This document shows positions 40,050 to 52,798 of a DNA stretch of 64,000 nucleotides, piece by piece. This DNA comes from Callorhinchus milii (Eukaryota): assembly GCF_018977255.1 (NCBI RefSeq), contig NW_024704742.1, positions 115,446,001-115,510,000 of the forward strand, written 5' to 3'. How positions within the stretch are numbered: position 1 is the first letter of the stretch; each line of letters opens with the position of its first letter. Under the pieces are notes generated by a model, which did not search any database, was not told the origin of the DNA, and saw nothing but the letters and a program-made list of their open reading frames with translations. The position numbers and the translations under genes are program-made.

Positions 40050-40500
40050 AGGTTCCTGTCAGGCACCTTATCAAATGTCTTCAAAAAGGCAAGATGTTTA
40101 GCATCCACCACATTACCCTCAGCCAACAGTCCTGCTTTATCCTCAAAGGAATTCCCGTAAATTGGTTAGGCATGATCTGCCTTTCATAAACTCATGTTGG
40201 CTCGAAATTATTACTTTATTCCTGTTGAATGGTCTTGAATTGCTTCCTTTGTAACAGACTCCAGTGTTTTTCCTCCAACAGAAGTCATCTTGAAATTCCT
40301 GGAATCAGGTTTCTGACCTCTTTTAGAAAAAAAGTTAAGCTTTTTTCCAACCATCTGGTACTACTGCCTCTACAGTAATGAACTGGAAAACATTTTAGGC
40401 ACTGGTCCACTATTCTCCACCACTTCTGTCCTGATTTCCTTAAAAGTACACTTGGATGCACTCCATCTCATTCGGTTATCCTGTGCATACTCCAGTTTAA
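40050..40500 (-). mobile_element. Old CR1 RT fragment
   Basis: caggcaccttatcaaatgtc and ggttaggcatgatctgcctttcataaactcatgttggct are rc of KxFDKVP and QHxFxKGRSCLTN-type coding. Confidence 0.55.
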
Positions 40501-40984
40501 TGACTTTCAATATTATCATTATTTTTCTCCATGATCTGAAATGACATATTCTACCCTACAAAAAGTGTGAAGGACATGTTATCCTTTGGTTATACAAACA
40601 CATAAACATTTATAAATTTTGCTAAACATCTGTTGTAAGTCTTTTTTTTCAATTTTTTCTTTTTGTTTCCAGATTTTCCTTTCAAGAAATGTTTTAAAGT
40701 TAGATTATTTTATTATTTTCTCTTGTTCCTTTCTGGAACTTTCAACTGTGTTTCTTTTAAACAATTTGCTTTTCCTTTATAATAATAAAGGATATTCTTT
40801 TGATCTTCCAAAGAACAACAATTGTATAGAGCACCTTTCAATGTGTGCAAGCACTTCACAAAATCGGGAAATAGGTGCAAACAATGAGTTAAGATGCATC
40901 AACCCAATTTATTTCTTCAAATATTTTCACAATTCAATTTGTTGAATTTTCTACTATCAAAATTAGTCTATTAAGCCTTTGTGT

Positions 40985-41915
40985 GTCAGCCAGGCTCAGT
41001 TGGTGGCACTCTCACCTCCAAGTCAAAAGGTTTGGGTTCAAGCATCGGCCTTCCCAACTCTTCCCTTCACAAGCTGCAGATCATCCTAAACTCTGCAGCT
41101 CGTGTACTCTCACGCACCAGGCTCCGTGACCCCATCACTCCCACCCTCGCCCGACTCTACTGGCTCCCTATCCCTCAGAGGATCAAATTCAGGATCCTCG
41201 TTCTCACTTTCAAGGCCATCCATGGCCTTGACCCTGCTACCTCTCTGACCTGCTGACTCCCTACCAACCTGCCCGCTCCCTCCGTTCAGCGGGCTCCGGC
41301 CTGATCCATGTCTCCCGCCTGACCCGTACTACCATCGGTGGCCGAGCTTTTAGCCTCTCTGCCCCCACACTGGATCTCCATCCCAGAGTCCCTTCGCCTT
41401 GCTTCCTCCCAGACCCTCCTTTTCGATCATGCCTTTGGTCGCCCTCCCACCTCTCTGCCTTCCCTCACCCCTACCCCACCCCTCCCCCATGCTCGGGTCC
41501 TGACCCCTGACTGTCCAGTGCCTTGGACGTCCTCCCGACGTGAAAGGCGCTCTATAAATGCAATTTTGTTGTTGTTGGGACTTGGAATCTCATGTAAAGT
41601 AAAAACTAACACATGTGCTGGGGGTGTGCTGCATTGTCAAAAGTGCTGTTCTGAGGATGAGATGTTTAACCCAAGGCCCCAGAGGTGTTTTCATGTTAAA
41701 GATCCTGTAGTACTATATGAAGACATATTGTCCTGGCCAACAATACCCAGATAAAATTGGTCAGTCACTTCATGGCTGTTTTGGGGAAACTGTTATGTGC
41801 AAATTGGCTGCTGCATTTGCCCAGACTACATAACACACTACAGTACATCTTCTGAAGCACTTTTATCTCCCAATGTGAAGTACACTATATCAAATATAAG
41901 GATGTTTATTAATAA
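40985..41915 (+). mobile_element. Older Deu-domain SINE (SacSINE1/AmnSINE1-like) split by an L2 insertion
   Basis: Head ggctcagttggtggcactctcacctc..gggttcaag. After the L2: ggatgagatgtttaacc..aaagatcc..gtcctggccaa..gtgcaaattggctgctgc. Related copies on - at about 37200-37780 and 55570-55800. Confidence 0.65.
41045..41578 (+). mobile_element. L2 LINE 3' fragment inserted into an older SINE
   Basis: GLPNSSLHKLQIILNSAARVLSRTR..ITPTLARLYWLPIPQRIKFRIL; tail cgtcctcccgacgtgaaaggcgctctataaatgcaattttgttgttgttg. Confidence 0.85.
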
Positions 41916-44202
41916 TAATAAACCTTTCCAGTGGGTTATCTAACCATTAGGGGTATCAGACGCGTGTCCAGTTGGTTTTAATGAGCTTTTAAAAAGAAGA
42001 TTGTGTGCCTATTCACTCAGGTCCACATCTATTTGTATTGTATTTAACTATAGAAAAAAAGGCCATAAATTATGACTACATTTAATCTGAAAAATTCAGG
42101 CAAAATTTTCAAGGCTAAAACCAAGTGGAATTTCTAAATCTCAGATCCTTAAACGGTTAAACTTGGTATGTGCTGTAAACGGGATAATGATAGCATAGAG
42201 TAAATACAAACAGCTTCACTTCTGTGAACCAGCTAAAATGTTTGGAGGATGTTAACAGCAACAGACAGTTACTGGCAATTAAATTAGATTGTCAATTGCC
42301 AACATTATGGGGGCTACTGCTCAGCGATTTCCCTCAGGGCACAGTGCAATTTCACTGTGTAGACAGTAGTATGGAATGGGAGGAAAGTGTATCCTTTGCT
42401 GAATCGATGCTTCATTATGAGAATAGGTACGGAGCAAAATGGTAACAGTGATTCAAGAGTTCCTGACCATAGTCCTTTGTGAGTTAAAAGATTTTTGAAG
42501 TGCATTAAAATGTAAGATACTGTAGGTGCCCAGGAACTCAAATGATTTCTAATCAGAAAATCAGGCACTCTTTCCCAGGGTTTCCCAGAGCTGCCTCTCA
42601 AACTAGCTTGCCTCAGATGAGCAAGTTTTAAGAGTGTTCAATGAGCCACTACATTTAACACCAGACAGAGTAAAATGATCCATTGTCAGGGAAGCAGGAC
42701 AGGGTGTATAGTGCACCGTGTGCTAACTATATGCAAAAATCTGCAATAAGCACCGGGTATAGATCATATAGAGGAAATTAGAGGTGCCCTTAATTATGTT
42801 AATTATCAACCAATTAAACAAATTTATCAATTGCGTACTTAACAATCAATTACTTTCATAGCTGGTTAACTACATAATTAGGGCACCTATAATTCCAAGT
42901 GTACATCAGCCTTTACACATGATGCATAATAGCCCCAATGTCTGGTTCATCGAGTTTATAATTCTCAGGTTCCTTACAGGTGCTTTGCCATTTGGAGCGA
43001 GCGATGTTTGCGCTCTGCTGGAGAGGTACCAAGGGGGGTCGACTTGCTCCTTGGAAACCTAAATAGCTTCTCTCCCTTTGCCATTGAGCAGATCCCACAT
43101 AGAGTAGCTGAGGACACAAGAATTCTATTTCAAAATTTCTAAAATTCAACATTTTACTCATAACCTTGACACTTTAGCATTCTGAAAGGTGCCAGATTGC
43201 AGCACTGCATGCAGCACCATGCTCCCGCTGACGTAAACTGCGCTGTGTTGGAGAGTGGAAAACAACATACGTATGCAAATAGACATTCTTCATCAAGTCA
43301 CTCTCTGCCTGCTCTACCCTGGTTGATGGGAATCAATGGCTCACTTGGAGAAGCTGAAGCTCTATTTCTCAATGAGAATTTGCCCCCTTCTGTCCCTTCT
43401 TCGAAATTGTCTTTTTGTTGTTCATTCCTACAAATAAACACCCAACAGTTAGGCTGTGATTGTCCCTACACTGGGAAATTTCCCGACCTATGTAGCATAA
43501 TAAATAAATACAAATAATAATTTATTTTATTTTGTGGTCACTCATTCCATGACTGTTTGTGGGACACTGGTGTGTGCAATTGGCTGATGAGTCATGCTGG
43601 TTAATTGCTTAACAACAGGATTTTGAACTACTGTAGACCTACCTGGCTCTGGAACAGCTGACACCACTATAAAGGGTCAATTCGATTCTGACATTTCATT
43701 ATCAGACGTCACCTTGGAAGCAATTCAGTCCCAGAAAGACCCTACATACCTCCCTCCCCGTGTAGAATGGTTCATTTAGTGTGGCCCTGGATATCTATTA
43801 GCAGCACAGCAAAATAATCTGAATTTCAAATGCCATCATAAGAAACTGCAGTAGTGCAGAATGTACTATCTTACCATCATTAATAATGGATGGATGTTTT
43901 GCGTAGATATTAAGGATGAAAGATCTTAATCTTTTCTTTTGAACATGAAAAAAACCCTTTGATAAGGTTGTAAATGTAACCTTTACATTGATGCAGGCAG
44001 CATTTTTAAGAGCTGGGAAGAAGGAAAAAATAATATATATCCAAGCTACAGATAATAATTTCACATTTGGGATTTATTGCCAAGTATTTACCCTTTTTCC
44101 TTCTTCTTTAGAAGCCATTGACTCCTAATGTAATACAATTTCACAGGCACCAGCAGCCTCATAGTACCTTAAGCAAATAGCCATTCATGTGTTTGTCTAG
44201 AC

Positions 44203-44465
44203 CAGTGGTGGCCAAACAAATAATTTTTTCTTTATTGAATTTTTCTTAATTTATGGCCATGCCATGGGTATCGCAGCTCATTAGCTACTGGAAACATGGT
44301 ATTGATTTGGACAAAAGTGGCACCAATATTCAATAAAGAAAATATACAATGCCAAAAATATATAATGCTGTGTTATGTACCCAATGATATCGTTGTGGCA
44401 TTCAATTCAAATTCAATAAAGAAAAATGTATTTAGTTGCCTAATCAAAAAGGTTGGCCACCAGTG
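44203..44465. mobile_element. Non-autonomous hAT (Charlie-type) MITE, 263 bp, with 8-bp TSD GTCTAGAC
   Basis: gtctagac|cagtggtggccaaac ... ggttggccaccagtg|gtctagac. The ~15-bp TIRs have 2 mismatches and the TSD is perfect. Confidence 0.8.
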
Positions 44466-45048
44466 GTCTAGACAGTAAGCAAGCTAACTGAATTGCAGCA
44501 GAGTCTGAACCTAGGCTAATATTTCCCCTTCCTAGCCTTGAGGCGCTATGGCCAATTATAGCCTTCAACTAAGCCTCAACTGAGAATCACTAACAACACA
44601 ATTGAACCAATGACTTTCTGAATGCACGATGTCATCCCATTATATTGATGTCTGACTCAGGTAGGTGATAGCGGAGATGGGTAAATGAGCAAACCCAGCC
44701 TCTACCATAATTATTTACGTCAGGCTGATCAGGTTGCACAAAAATATACAATGCCATGTCATGTATCCAATCATATCATTGTGTCATGTACCACATTGAT
44801 GTCATTATATCATAAGTACAAACAAAATCTAGAAAACTCCACACATTTCTCGTATGGAAAGGTTATGGCTGCAACAGTAAGAGCGTCTCCAGCGTTTGAG
44901 TGTTGCTCTTTGTGCAGCTTGAGGCAGCACAAATACAGAGTTAAAAAGTAAGAAAGAAGGTTAAAAGTCCACGTCAATACACAGCTGAAATCCATGTTAG
45001 CTGGGCAAAGGACAGTAGAAATAAGTTTTTAAAATGGTTGTTGCTTAC

Positions 45049-45191
45049 CGCATCTTTACAAAGCTTTGCTCCATTGGTTGCTTTCACCACTTCCTCCATC
45101 ACATTTAGAGCTCGATTTAGATAACCCCGAGTCCACATCAGGGGCATTTTGGTGTACACAGCACGGATCCCCTTAGTCAGCTCAACTCTTC
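45049..45191 (-). CDS. MRPS27: MRPS27 coding exon, 143 bp
   Basis: ttttaacAG|GA ... GCG|gtaagc. Translates to (G)RVELTKGIRAVYTKMPLMWTRGYLNRALNVMEEVVKATNGAKLCKDA. Confidence 0.92.
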
Positions 45192-45417
45192 CTGTTAAAA
45201 GATTTTGGAAAGTTGAAGCATAATGGTATTTCAGGCTGGTGTCAAAGGCACTCTCAAAATATTTTTATATTATACATTTTCCCTTATAATGCATGGTGCA
45301 TAAACTCAAGACTGTGTTATGACAGGAAGTTCGACAAAAGTGACTCCTGGTCAGTGCTTGCGGGTCAACAGTTTGCCCTGACATTACATCACAGGACACA
45401 GCACACAGGAAGCTGGC

Positions 45418-45419
<2 letters not shown>

Positions 45420-45448
<29 letters not shown>
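45420..45448. repeat. (CT)n microsatellite
   Basis: About 14 CT units. Confidence 0.9.
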
Positions 45449-45584
45449 GAGCATTTTCAACAGTTGCCAGGACACCACTGGAAGCCGGGAAGCCTTCTGC
45501 ACCTTCACAATGTCAGTAAGGACCAGTGAAGTAAGCAGTGTCAGAAGCACATTCATGTGCAGTAGTCTGTCCATGGTGCAGTTA

Positions 45585-48500
45585 GAATTATAGAATCATA
45601 GAGCATAGAAGGAGGCCATTCGGCCCATCTTGAAAAGAGCTATCCAAATGAATTCCATTCCCCTGGCCTCTCCGCATAGCCCTGCAAACTTACCATCCCC
45701 AAATAATTATCTATTTCTTTCTTAAAAATTATCGAATTGGCTTCCACTACCCTTTCAGGCAATGCATTCCAGATCCAAATAACTTGCTGTGTAAAAAAAA
45801 AAATTCTCCTCACCTCCCCTCTGTTTCTTTTAATAACTATTTTAAGTTGGTGTCCTCGGGTTACCGACCCACCCGCCAGTGGAAACAGTTTCTCCTTGTT
45901 CACCCTATCGAATCCCTCATAATTTTGAAAACTTCTATTAAGTCTCCTCTTAACCTTCTTAGCTCCAAGGAGAATAATCCTAGCTTCTCTAGCCTCTCCT
46001 GAATCACCGTCTGGCATGGAGGGGTCTATATAAATCCAAATCCAAGTTATTGTTGTTGATAATTGGAGTCCCTCATTCCCGGTACCATCCTGGTAAATCT
46101 CCTTTGCACCCTCTCCAATGTCTTGACATCCTTCCTAAAGTGTGGTGCCCAGAACTGAACCCAGTACTCTAGCTGAGGACTAACCAGTGTTTTATAAAGG
46201 TTCATCATAACTTCCTGACTGTTATGCCCCTATTTATAAAGCCTAGTATCCGTATGCTTTATTTAAACAGCTTTATCTACCTGTCCTGTCAGCTTCCAAG
46301 ATTTACTTATACAACCCCCCAGGTCTCTCTGTTCCTTTACCCCCTTTAAGATTGTACCATCAGCTTATATTGCCTCTGCTCATTCTTCCTCCCAAAATAC
46401 ATCACTTCACATTTCTCTACATAAAACTTCATCTGCCACGTGTCTGCCCACTTTAACAATCTGTGTATGTCCCCTTCCAGTCTGCTACTATCCTCCTCAC
46501 TGTTTACTACTTTTCCCGCTTAGTATCATCTGCAAACTTGGAAATTGTACTCCCTATACCCAAGTCCAGGTCATTTACATGGATCAGAAACAGCAGTGGT
46601 CCCAATGCTGACCATGGTGGATCCCACTGCGAACTTTCCTCCAATCAGAAAAACAACCGTTCACCACCACTCTACTTTCTGTCTCCCAGCCAGGTCTGTA
46701 TCCATGCTGCCACTGTCCCTTTAATACCGTGGGCTTCTATTTTGCTTACAAGTCTCTTATGTGGCACTTTATCAAATGCCTTTTGAAAATCCGTATAAAC
46801 TATATCAACTGCACTACCTTCATCCACCCTCTATCAGGTTTGTCAGACACGATTTGCCTTTAACAAACCCATATTGGCTGTCCTTTATTAACCAAGATTT
46901 TTCTAAGTGAAAATTTATTTTGCCCTGGATTATTGTCTCTAGAAGTTTCTCCACTACTGAAGTTAGGCTGACTGGCCTGTAGTTCCTGGGTTTATCCTTC
47001 TGTCCCTTTTTGTACATGGGAGTAACATTTACAACCCTACAGTCCTCTGGCACCACCCCAGTGTCCAAGGAGGATTGAAGGATTGTGGCCAGATCCTCCG
47101 TTGTTTCCACCCTTACTTCCCTCAGTAACCTAGGATGCATCCCGTCCGGACTGAGTGACTTATCTATCTTAAGCACTGTCAACCTTTTTTGGTACCTCCT
47201 CTTGGTTTATTCTTATCTTATCCAATTTCTCTATCCTCTCCTTCGACAAGTGAGCATTGGCTGCATCCTCTTTTATGAAGACAGATGCAAAGTAAAGTAT
47301 ACATTCAGTATGTCAGCCTCCACAAGAACATTTCCTCTTTGGTCTCTAATTGGACCCATCCTGCCTTTGACTAATCTTTTATTCGTTATATGCTTATAAA
47401 ATACCTTAGGGTTCCCTCTTCTGTTACTCGCTAATCTTAGCTCATAATCTCTTTGCCCCTCTTATTTCCTTTTTCAGTTCTCCTCTGTACTTTCTATATT
47501 TTATTTGATTATTCTCTGTATTTTGGACATGACATTTATCATAAGCCTCCCGTTTCTGTTTTACTTTAATCTCAATTTCCTTAGTCATCCCGGGAGGTTT
47601 GGATGCCCCACCTTTCCCCTTTATGGTAATGTATGTGTTCCGTCCCCAAAATTTCTCCTCCTTGAAGGCTTCCCATTGCTCATTAGCTGTTTTACTTGCC
47701 AATCTTTCCTTCCAGTCCACCTTGGCTGGGTCCCTTTTTAACTCACTGAAATTAGCCCTCTTCCAGTTGAGTATCTTCACCTTTGATTGTTCCTTGTCTC
47801 TTTCCATAATTACTCTAAACCTAATGATGTTGTGATCACTGTTGTCCAGATGCTCTCCTACTGAAACCTGCTCCACTTGCCCCACTTCATTCCCCAGAAC
47901 TAGATCCAGCACTGCTTCCTTCCTCGTTGGGCTGGAAACATACTGATCCAGAAAGTTATCCTGCACACATTTAGGAATCCTTCCCCTTCTTTATTTTGCT
48001 AGTCTATATTAGGATAATTGAAGTCCCCCATTATCACTACTCTATGGGTTTTGCACCTTTCTGAAATCTGCTTGCAGATTTACTCATCTATCTCCTTCCC
48101 ACTATTTGGTGGTCTATAGTATATACTAACAGGGTAACAGCTACTTTTCTGTTGCTTAATTCTAACCAAATAGATTCTGTTTTGGACCCTGTAGCACACT
48201 GTCCTTTTCCAGGGCAGTAACCATGTCTTTAATCAATATTCCCACCCCTCCACTCCTTTTTTTCCTTCCCTATCACTCCTGAATATATTGTAGCCAGGAA
48301 TATTCAGCTCTCATTCCTGCCCTTGTTTGAGCCAGGTCTCTGTTATTCCCACTACATCATAACCCCATGTGGCAACTTGAGCCTTCAGCTCACCAATCTT
48401 ATTTATCACACTCCGTGCATTTACGCACATGCACTCCAAGACTGACTGGTTCTGCTCTGCATTTCTCCCCCATCTAATCCTTCCTTTTTTTGGACTACTC

Positions 48501-50130
48501 TTTATCACACTGCTATTCGTCTCTCCCAGCCCTCTATGTAACTTGTTTCTTCTCTCTGATTCTACGTCCTGATTTCATTCCCCCCTCAAAATTAGCTTAA
48601 ACCTTTCCCAATAACGCTAGTTAACCTCCCTGCGAGGACATTAGTCCCAGGTTTAACCCATCCACTTTGTACAGGTCCCAACTGCCCCAGAACTGGTCCC
48701 AATGTTCCAGGAACCTGAAGCCCTCCTTTCTGCACCATTTCTCCAGCCAAGCATTCATGTATTTGATCCTGCTGTTTTGATACTCACTTGCATGAGGCCC
48801 TGAGAGCAATCCAGATATCAACACCTTTGAAGTCCTACTCCTTATCTTTTTCCCTAGCTTCTGATCCCCTTCCTGTAGGATTTCAGCCCTTTTTTCCCAT
48901 AGATCATGGATCTCAACATGGACCACGACTTCTGGATGTTCCCCTTCCCCCTGTAGAATGTTTTGCATCCTGTGATGTCTTTAACCTTGGCACCAGGGAA
49001 GCAACATACCATGTGAGAGTCACATTTTTGGTTGCAGAAATGTCTGTCTACTCCTTTCACCGTTGTGTCCCCAATGACAATTGCATTGAAACTCGTTCCT
49101 GTGTCCCCGTGTGCATCTATTTGCTTTTGACTCCTTTCCCCAGAGGTGTCATCAACCTCACCGGTATTCAGTACAGAGAACCGGTTTGTAAGTACCACAC
49201 TCTCTGGGGATTTCTGCACTGCCCGTCCCCTCTTCCTACCATGCTGTATGGTCAGCCACTCACTCACCCTGTGGCTGTGGGGTGACTACTTCCTGAAACG
49301 TTTGATCCATGAACTCTTCAGCCTCCCATATGCTATAACAAAAATAATAATCCTTGCATTTGATTTAGTGCTTTTCACGTCTTCTAGACATCTCAAAGCG
49401 CTTCACAGAATATTCTGTAAAGTGACTTGACTGTATATTTGTGGGCGAAACGTGGCAGCCAATTGCACACAGCAGTTTCCCACAAAGAGTCGTGGATTGA
49501 AAATGACCAATTTATTATTGTTTGGTTTTGGAGGGATTATTATTAGGTGTGTGGAGTAAGGAAACTTGCCCAAGGTTTCGCCCTGCCTGGAATTGAACCC
49601 AGGTGTCTTGCTTGCAAGGCGAGTGGTCTAACAACTGAGCTACAGGACTATGTAGTGACACCAGCCTCTCCTCCAGCTCAGAAATCCTGAGCTCAAGCTC
49701 GAGCTGCTGGAGGCACTTCCTACACACGCGCTTGTCCAAGGCACAGAAAGCATCCTGGAGTTCCCACGCAGCACACATTGTGCATGCAACCGTTCTCAGC
49801 TGCCCTGCCATATCCTCAGATATAATTTTATAATTATGCACCTCTTTCCCCCTCTGCAAAGAATTCCCACTCTCACCAAATTCCTTAACGGAATTCTCAC
49901 TCTGTTCCACCTCATTAATCCTCAACACCTGGCTTATGATTAACTGTGAATTGACTGATTTGCCTGCTTACATATAAAGTTGCCTCTACCTCAAGAAAGA
50001 TTTACCACTCTTCTGCTGAATGAAAGAGTTCTCTCTTGCTGAAGAATTCCCACTCTCACCAAATTCTTTAACGGAAAGGAATTTGTTCCACCTCACTCAG
50101 TTCCCTCCTCGCACTGCTGGAGTCCTTGCT
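45585..50130 (-). mobile_element. Near full-length, decayed CR1 LINE (5' UTR, ORF1 zinc finger/coiled coil/SGNH esterase, ORF2 endonuclease plus RT, 8-bp tail)
   Basis: ORF1 pieces: MAGQLRTVACTMC..CRKC..LELRISELEERL, IVIGDTTVKGVDR..CFPGAKVKDI, MNAWLEKWCRKEGFRF. ORF2 pieces: VNARSVINK..GITETW, LDLVLGN..SDHN, PDGMHPRLL..NYRPVSLTS..GFVKGKSCLTNL, rc of KFADDTK. Tail has ATTCTATA/ATTCTAAC-type repeats. Multiple frameshifts and stops. Confidence 0.9.
49342..49650 (-). mobile_element. tRNA-headed SINE, short variant, inserted into CR1 ORF1
   Basis: Full head-to-tail copy; CR1 ORF1 coding continues on both sides. Confidence 0.85.
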
Positions 50131-50215
50131 TCGTACTGTAAGTACTATAAGTAGTGTGTGTTATAATACTGTATAGTAACAGGTGTGTTATGGGGAACGG
50201 TAGTATAATACGTAC

Positions 50216-50318
50216 CTAGAAATACATGGCCCAGAAGACGGGAGCTAAAACCAACTGTGTTGTCCTGTGTCAACCCCACCAGCAATAAAGCTGCTCCCAG
50301 ATTCCGCTCATCCTCCCA
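50216..50318 (-). CDS. MRPS27: MRPS27 coding exon, 103 bp
   Basis: tttctttctcAG|TGG ... CTA G|gtacgt. Translates to [34 protein letters not shown](G). Confidence 0.92.
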
Positions 50319-51054
50319 CTGAGAAAGAAAATGAAGTTGTACGAACAAACCAACCAACAGTAGCAAATCTATAAACCTGTGGCAACCACAGCTTCATGTA
50401 ACCTAAACCTCCAAATATAAAACAGTTCAGATGGCATATTAACATGAATATAGCCTGAGTGTACTTTCAATGCAAGTTTTTGTAAAATGTACAGGTTCAA
50501 AGATTACCATAATTTTTATGAGATCTTGCCTTTTTAAAATAAATTATGGTTTTCAGAGATTTCACATATGACTGCTGATGCGTTTTACATTTAACAAGTG
50601 CCAACCACAACACAATAACTGCTCCATCAATTAAAAAGCGCAATAAACAACCCATCACACATTAAGTGCAGCTGCACACAATCTTCCACGCAACTGTTTT
50701 TTTAGATCTTTTCACAATTTGGCAGGATTGATTTGTATGTGCACAAGATAAAAAGTACAAATGTGCCTTTATGAAAATAATTTGAGATAGATTTTAATAG
50801 ATTGTGGTTTAATTGGAAATTCACAGGAAAAGTAAAGCAGGTCATGGGGTAAACCTCCCATTACTCCCTTTGAGAATGGCAGGACCATTTCAGCAAAATC
50901 ATAAATGTTACCAGTTTTGAGGCTCTTGTAATTCCAGGAATACTACTGACAATGGATATTTTATGCTACGTGTGTCTTGAATTCTATATTTTACAAAATA
51001 TATAGTCTGCATCAAACCAAAATAGTGGGGTAATCCTGCCGCTGTATAAATCAG

Positions 51055-51950
51055 TGTTGAGACTAGACTTAAAGAGTACTGTGTACAGTACTGGATGCCG
51101 CAGCACAAAAAGGATATTGGAGAAGTCGAGAAGATACTGAGAAGGGCAACCAAAATGATCGAGGGAATAAAAGGACTGGACTATACAACAACAAGATTAC
51201 ATTTGTATGGTGCCTTTCACATCGGGAGGATGTCCCAAGGTGCTGGACAGTGTACAGCATTTCAGACCCGAGCTGGAGTCAGGGGGGGAAAGGGGAGGGG
51301 AGGGGAAGGGGGGTGGCCGATGGCATGGTTGAAGAGGAGGGTCTTGAGGCGGGACTTGAAGGAGGATAAGGTGGGAGTGAGGCGGGTGATTGGGGGATGG
51401 AATTCCAGAGGTTGGGGGCAGAGTGGCTGTAGGCTCTCCCGCCAGTGGTGGGGTGGGTGGGTCGGGGGACGTGGAGCAGGCCAGAGCCGGCTGAGCGGAG
51501 GGAGCGGGCGGGTTGGTAGGGGAAAGGAGCTACTAAGTAAATTGGGCATGTTCATGCTGGAAAAGAGAAGATTGGGAGGCGACATGATTGCTGTCTTTAA
51601 GATTCTAATGGGGCTCGACAATATAGATCATGACAGGCTGTTTCAACTTGTCCAAAATAGAACCAGAGGACACGGCCTGCGATTGAAGGGGGTAAATTCA
51701 GAACAAATTTATGCAAACACTATTTCAGTGAGCGAATAGTGAACCTATGGAACAGGCTCCCTAGGGAGACGATTGAAGCAGGAAGTGTTGATTCTTTCAA
51801 ACACAGATTAGATAGTTTTCTTTTAGGAAATAACATTATGGGATATAGTACATAGGTAGTTTGGGACATATGTGCATGCGACCACCAAGAAGGTGGAAGG
51901 CGAACTAGATGGACCTTGGTCTTTTTTCGTCTAGCATTTCTTATGTTCTT
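51055..51950 (+). mobile_element. CR1 3' fragment interrupted by an antisense L2 3' fragment (about 51185-51525)
   Basis: EYCVQYW..KKDI..RRATKMI before the insert and LGMFMLEKRRLGGDMIAVFK..TRGH after it; tail ttcttatgttcttat. The insert starts caacaacaagattacatttgtatggtgcc (rc of L2 tail). Confidence 0.8.
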
Positions 51951-52682
51951 ATACTTTGAAACTTAAAACAAAGATTGAAGGTGAAGCTTTGTTTGAGTGC
52001 AGAAAACATAGTTAAGTATTCAAAGGATTAAAGATACTGTTTTGTTAAATTGATTAAGAATCACATTCAATATGTATAATGTTGAAACACTAAGATCTTA
52101 GACTTTGCACATTTACTCACTACAACATCGAGAACCTCAATTGTAACTCATGCCTAAAAAAATACCTTGTGCAACTGCTCAAGTATTTGGGGCCAGGTTT
52201 ATGTATAAACTCAACCAGCACACAACAGCTGAAAAGAATTCAATGAATTTTCTTTTTTATGGAATCAAACATACTTACATCTACGGACAATGAATTAGTG
52301 TTTGCATTGGAAAAGTTTCAGTACGTCAGAATCTAGTGGCTCCATTATGAGGGTCTTTCATACATTTCATTATAAGAAAGATTGAGAGGCGAGATAGTAA
52401 GGTCCGTATCTCCATAGTGCTTTTCTGAATCACTTTTGTCTTCTTGCCTCCAACATCACAACCATCAGTTGAGTGAAGAGAACAAATACTGACAACTTCC
52501 AATAAGTCCAGCTTCATTCGGTTGAAATGAAAATAATTAGAATCCTACTTCCACAGAAGAAACTTGCTTTGCTAATTATCCCTATAGATCACAAGTTCAC
52601 CATACATCTATTCCATAAGGTTTGAGTGTCAGCTTTAAATCTCTGGAACTCCTGCCCAAAACATATCTCAGTTTTTCTTTAC

Positions 52683-52798
52683 CTTTAGATCTGGCTTTCC
52701 CTGCAGGTATTTGTGTAGAACATAAAGGGATAGAAGCTGTGTGCATGGCTCATCAAAGGCTTCTTGTAGCATTATTTCATTGACAACAACTAATGAGC
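52683..52798 (-). CDS. MRPS27: MRPS27 coding exon, 116 bp
   Basis: ctttccacAG|GC ... AAG|gtaaag. Translates to (S)SLVVVNEIMLQEAFDEPCTQLLSLYVLHKYLQGKPDLK; phases fit both neighbours. Confidence 0.92.

Noticed and set aside
26220..46600. Inverted CR1 pair (26.2-27.2 kb + and 45.6-46.6 kb -) as a dsRNA source
   Set aside because: About 19 kb apart, and the first copy is probably outside both transcripts.
51095..51739. 214-aa ORF
   Set aside because: Chance fusion of a CR1 fragment with an antisense L2 insert.
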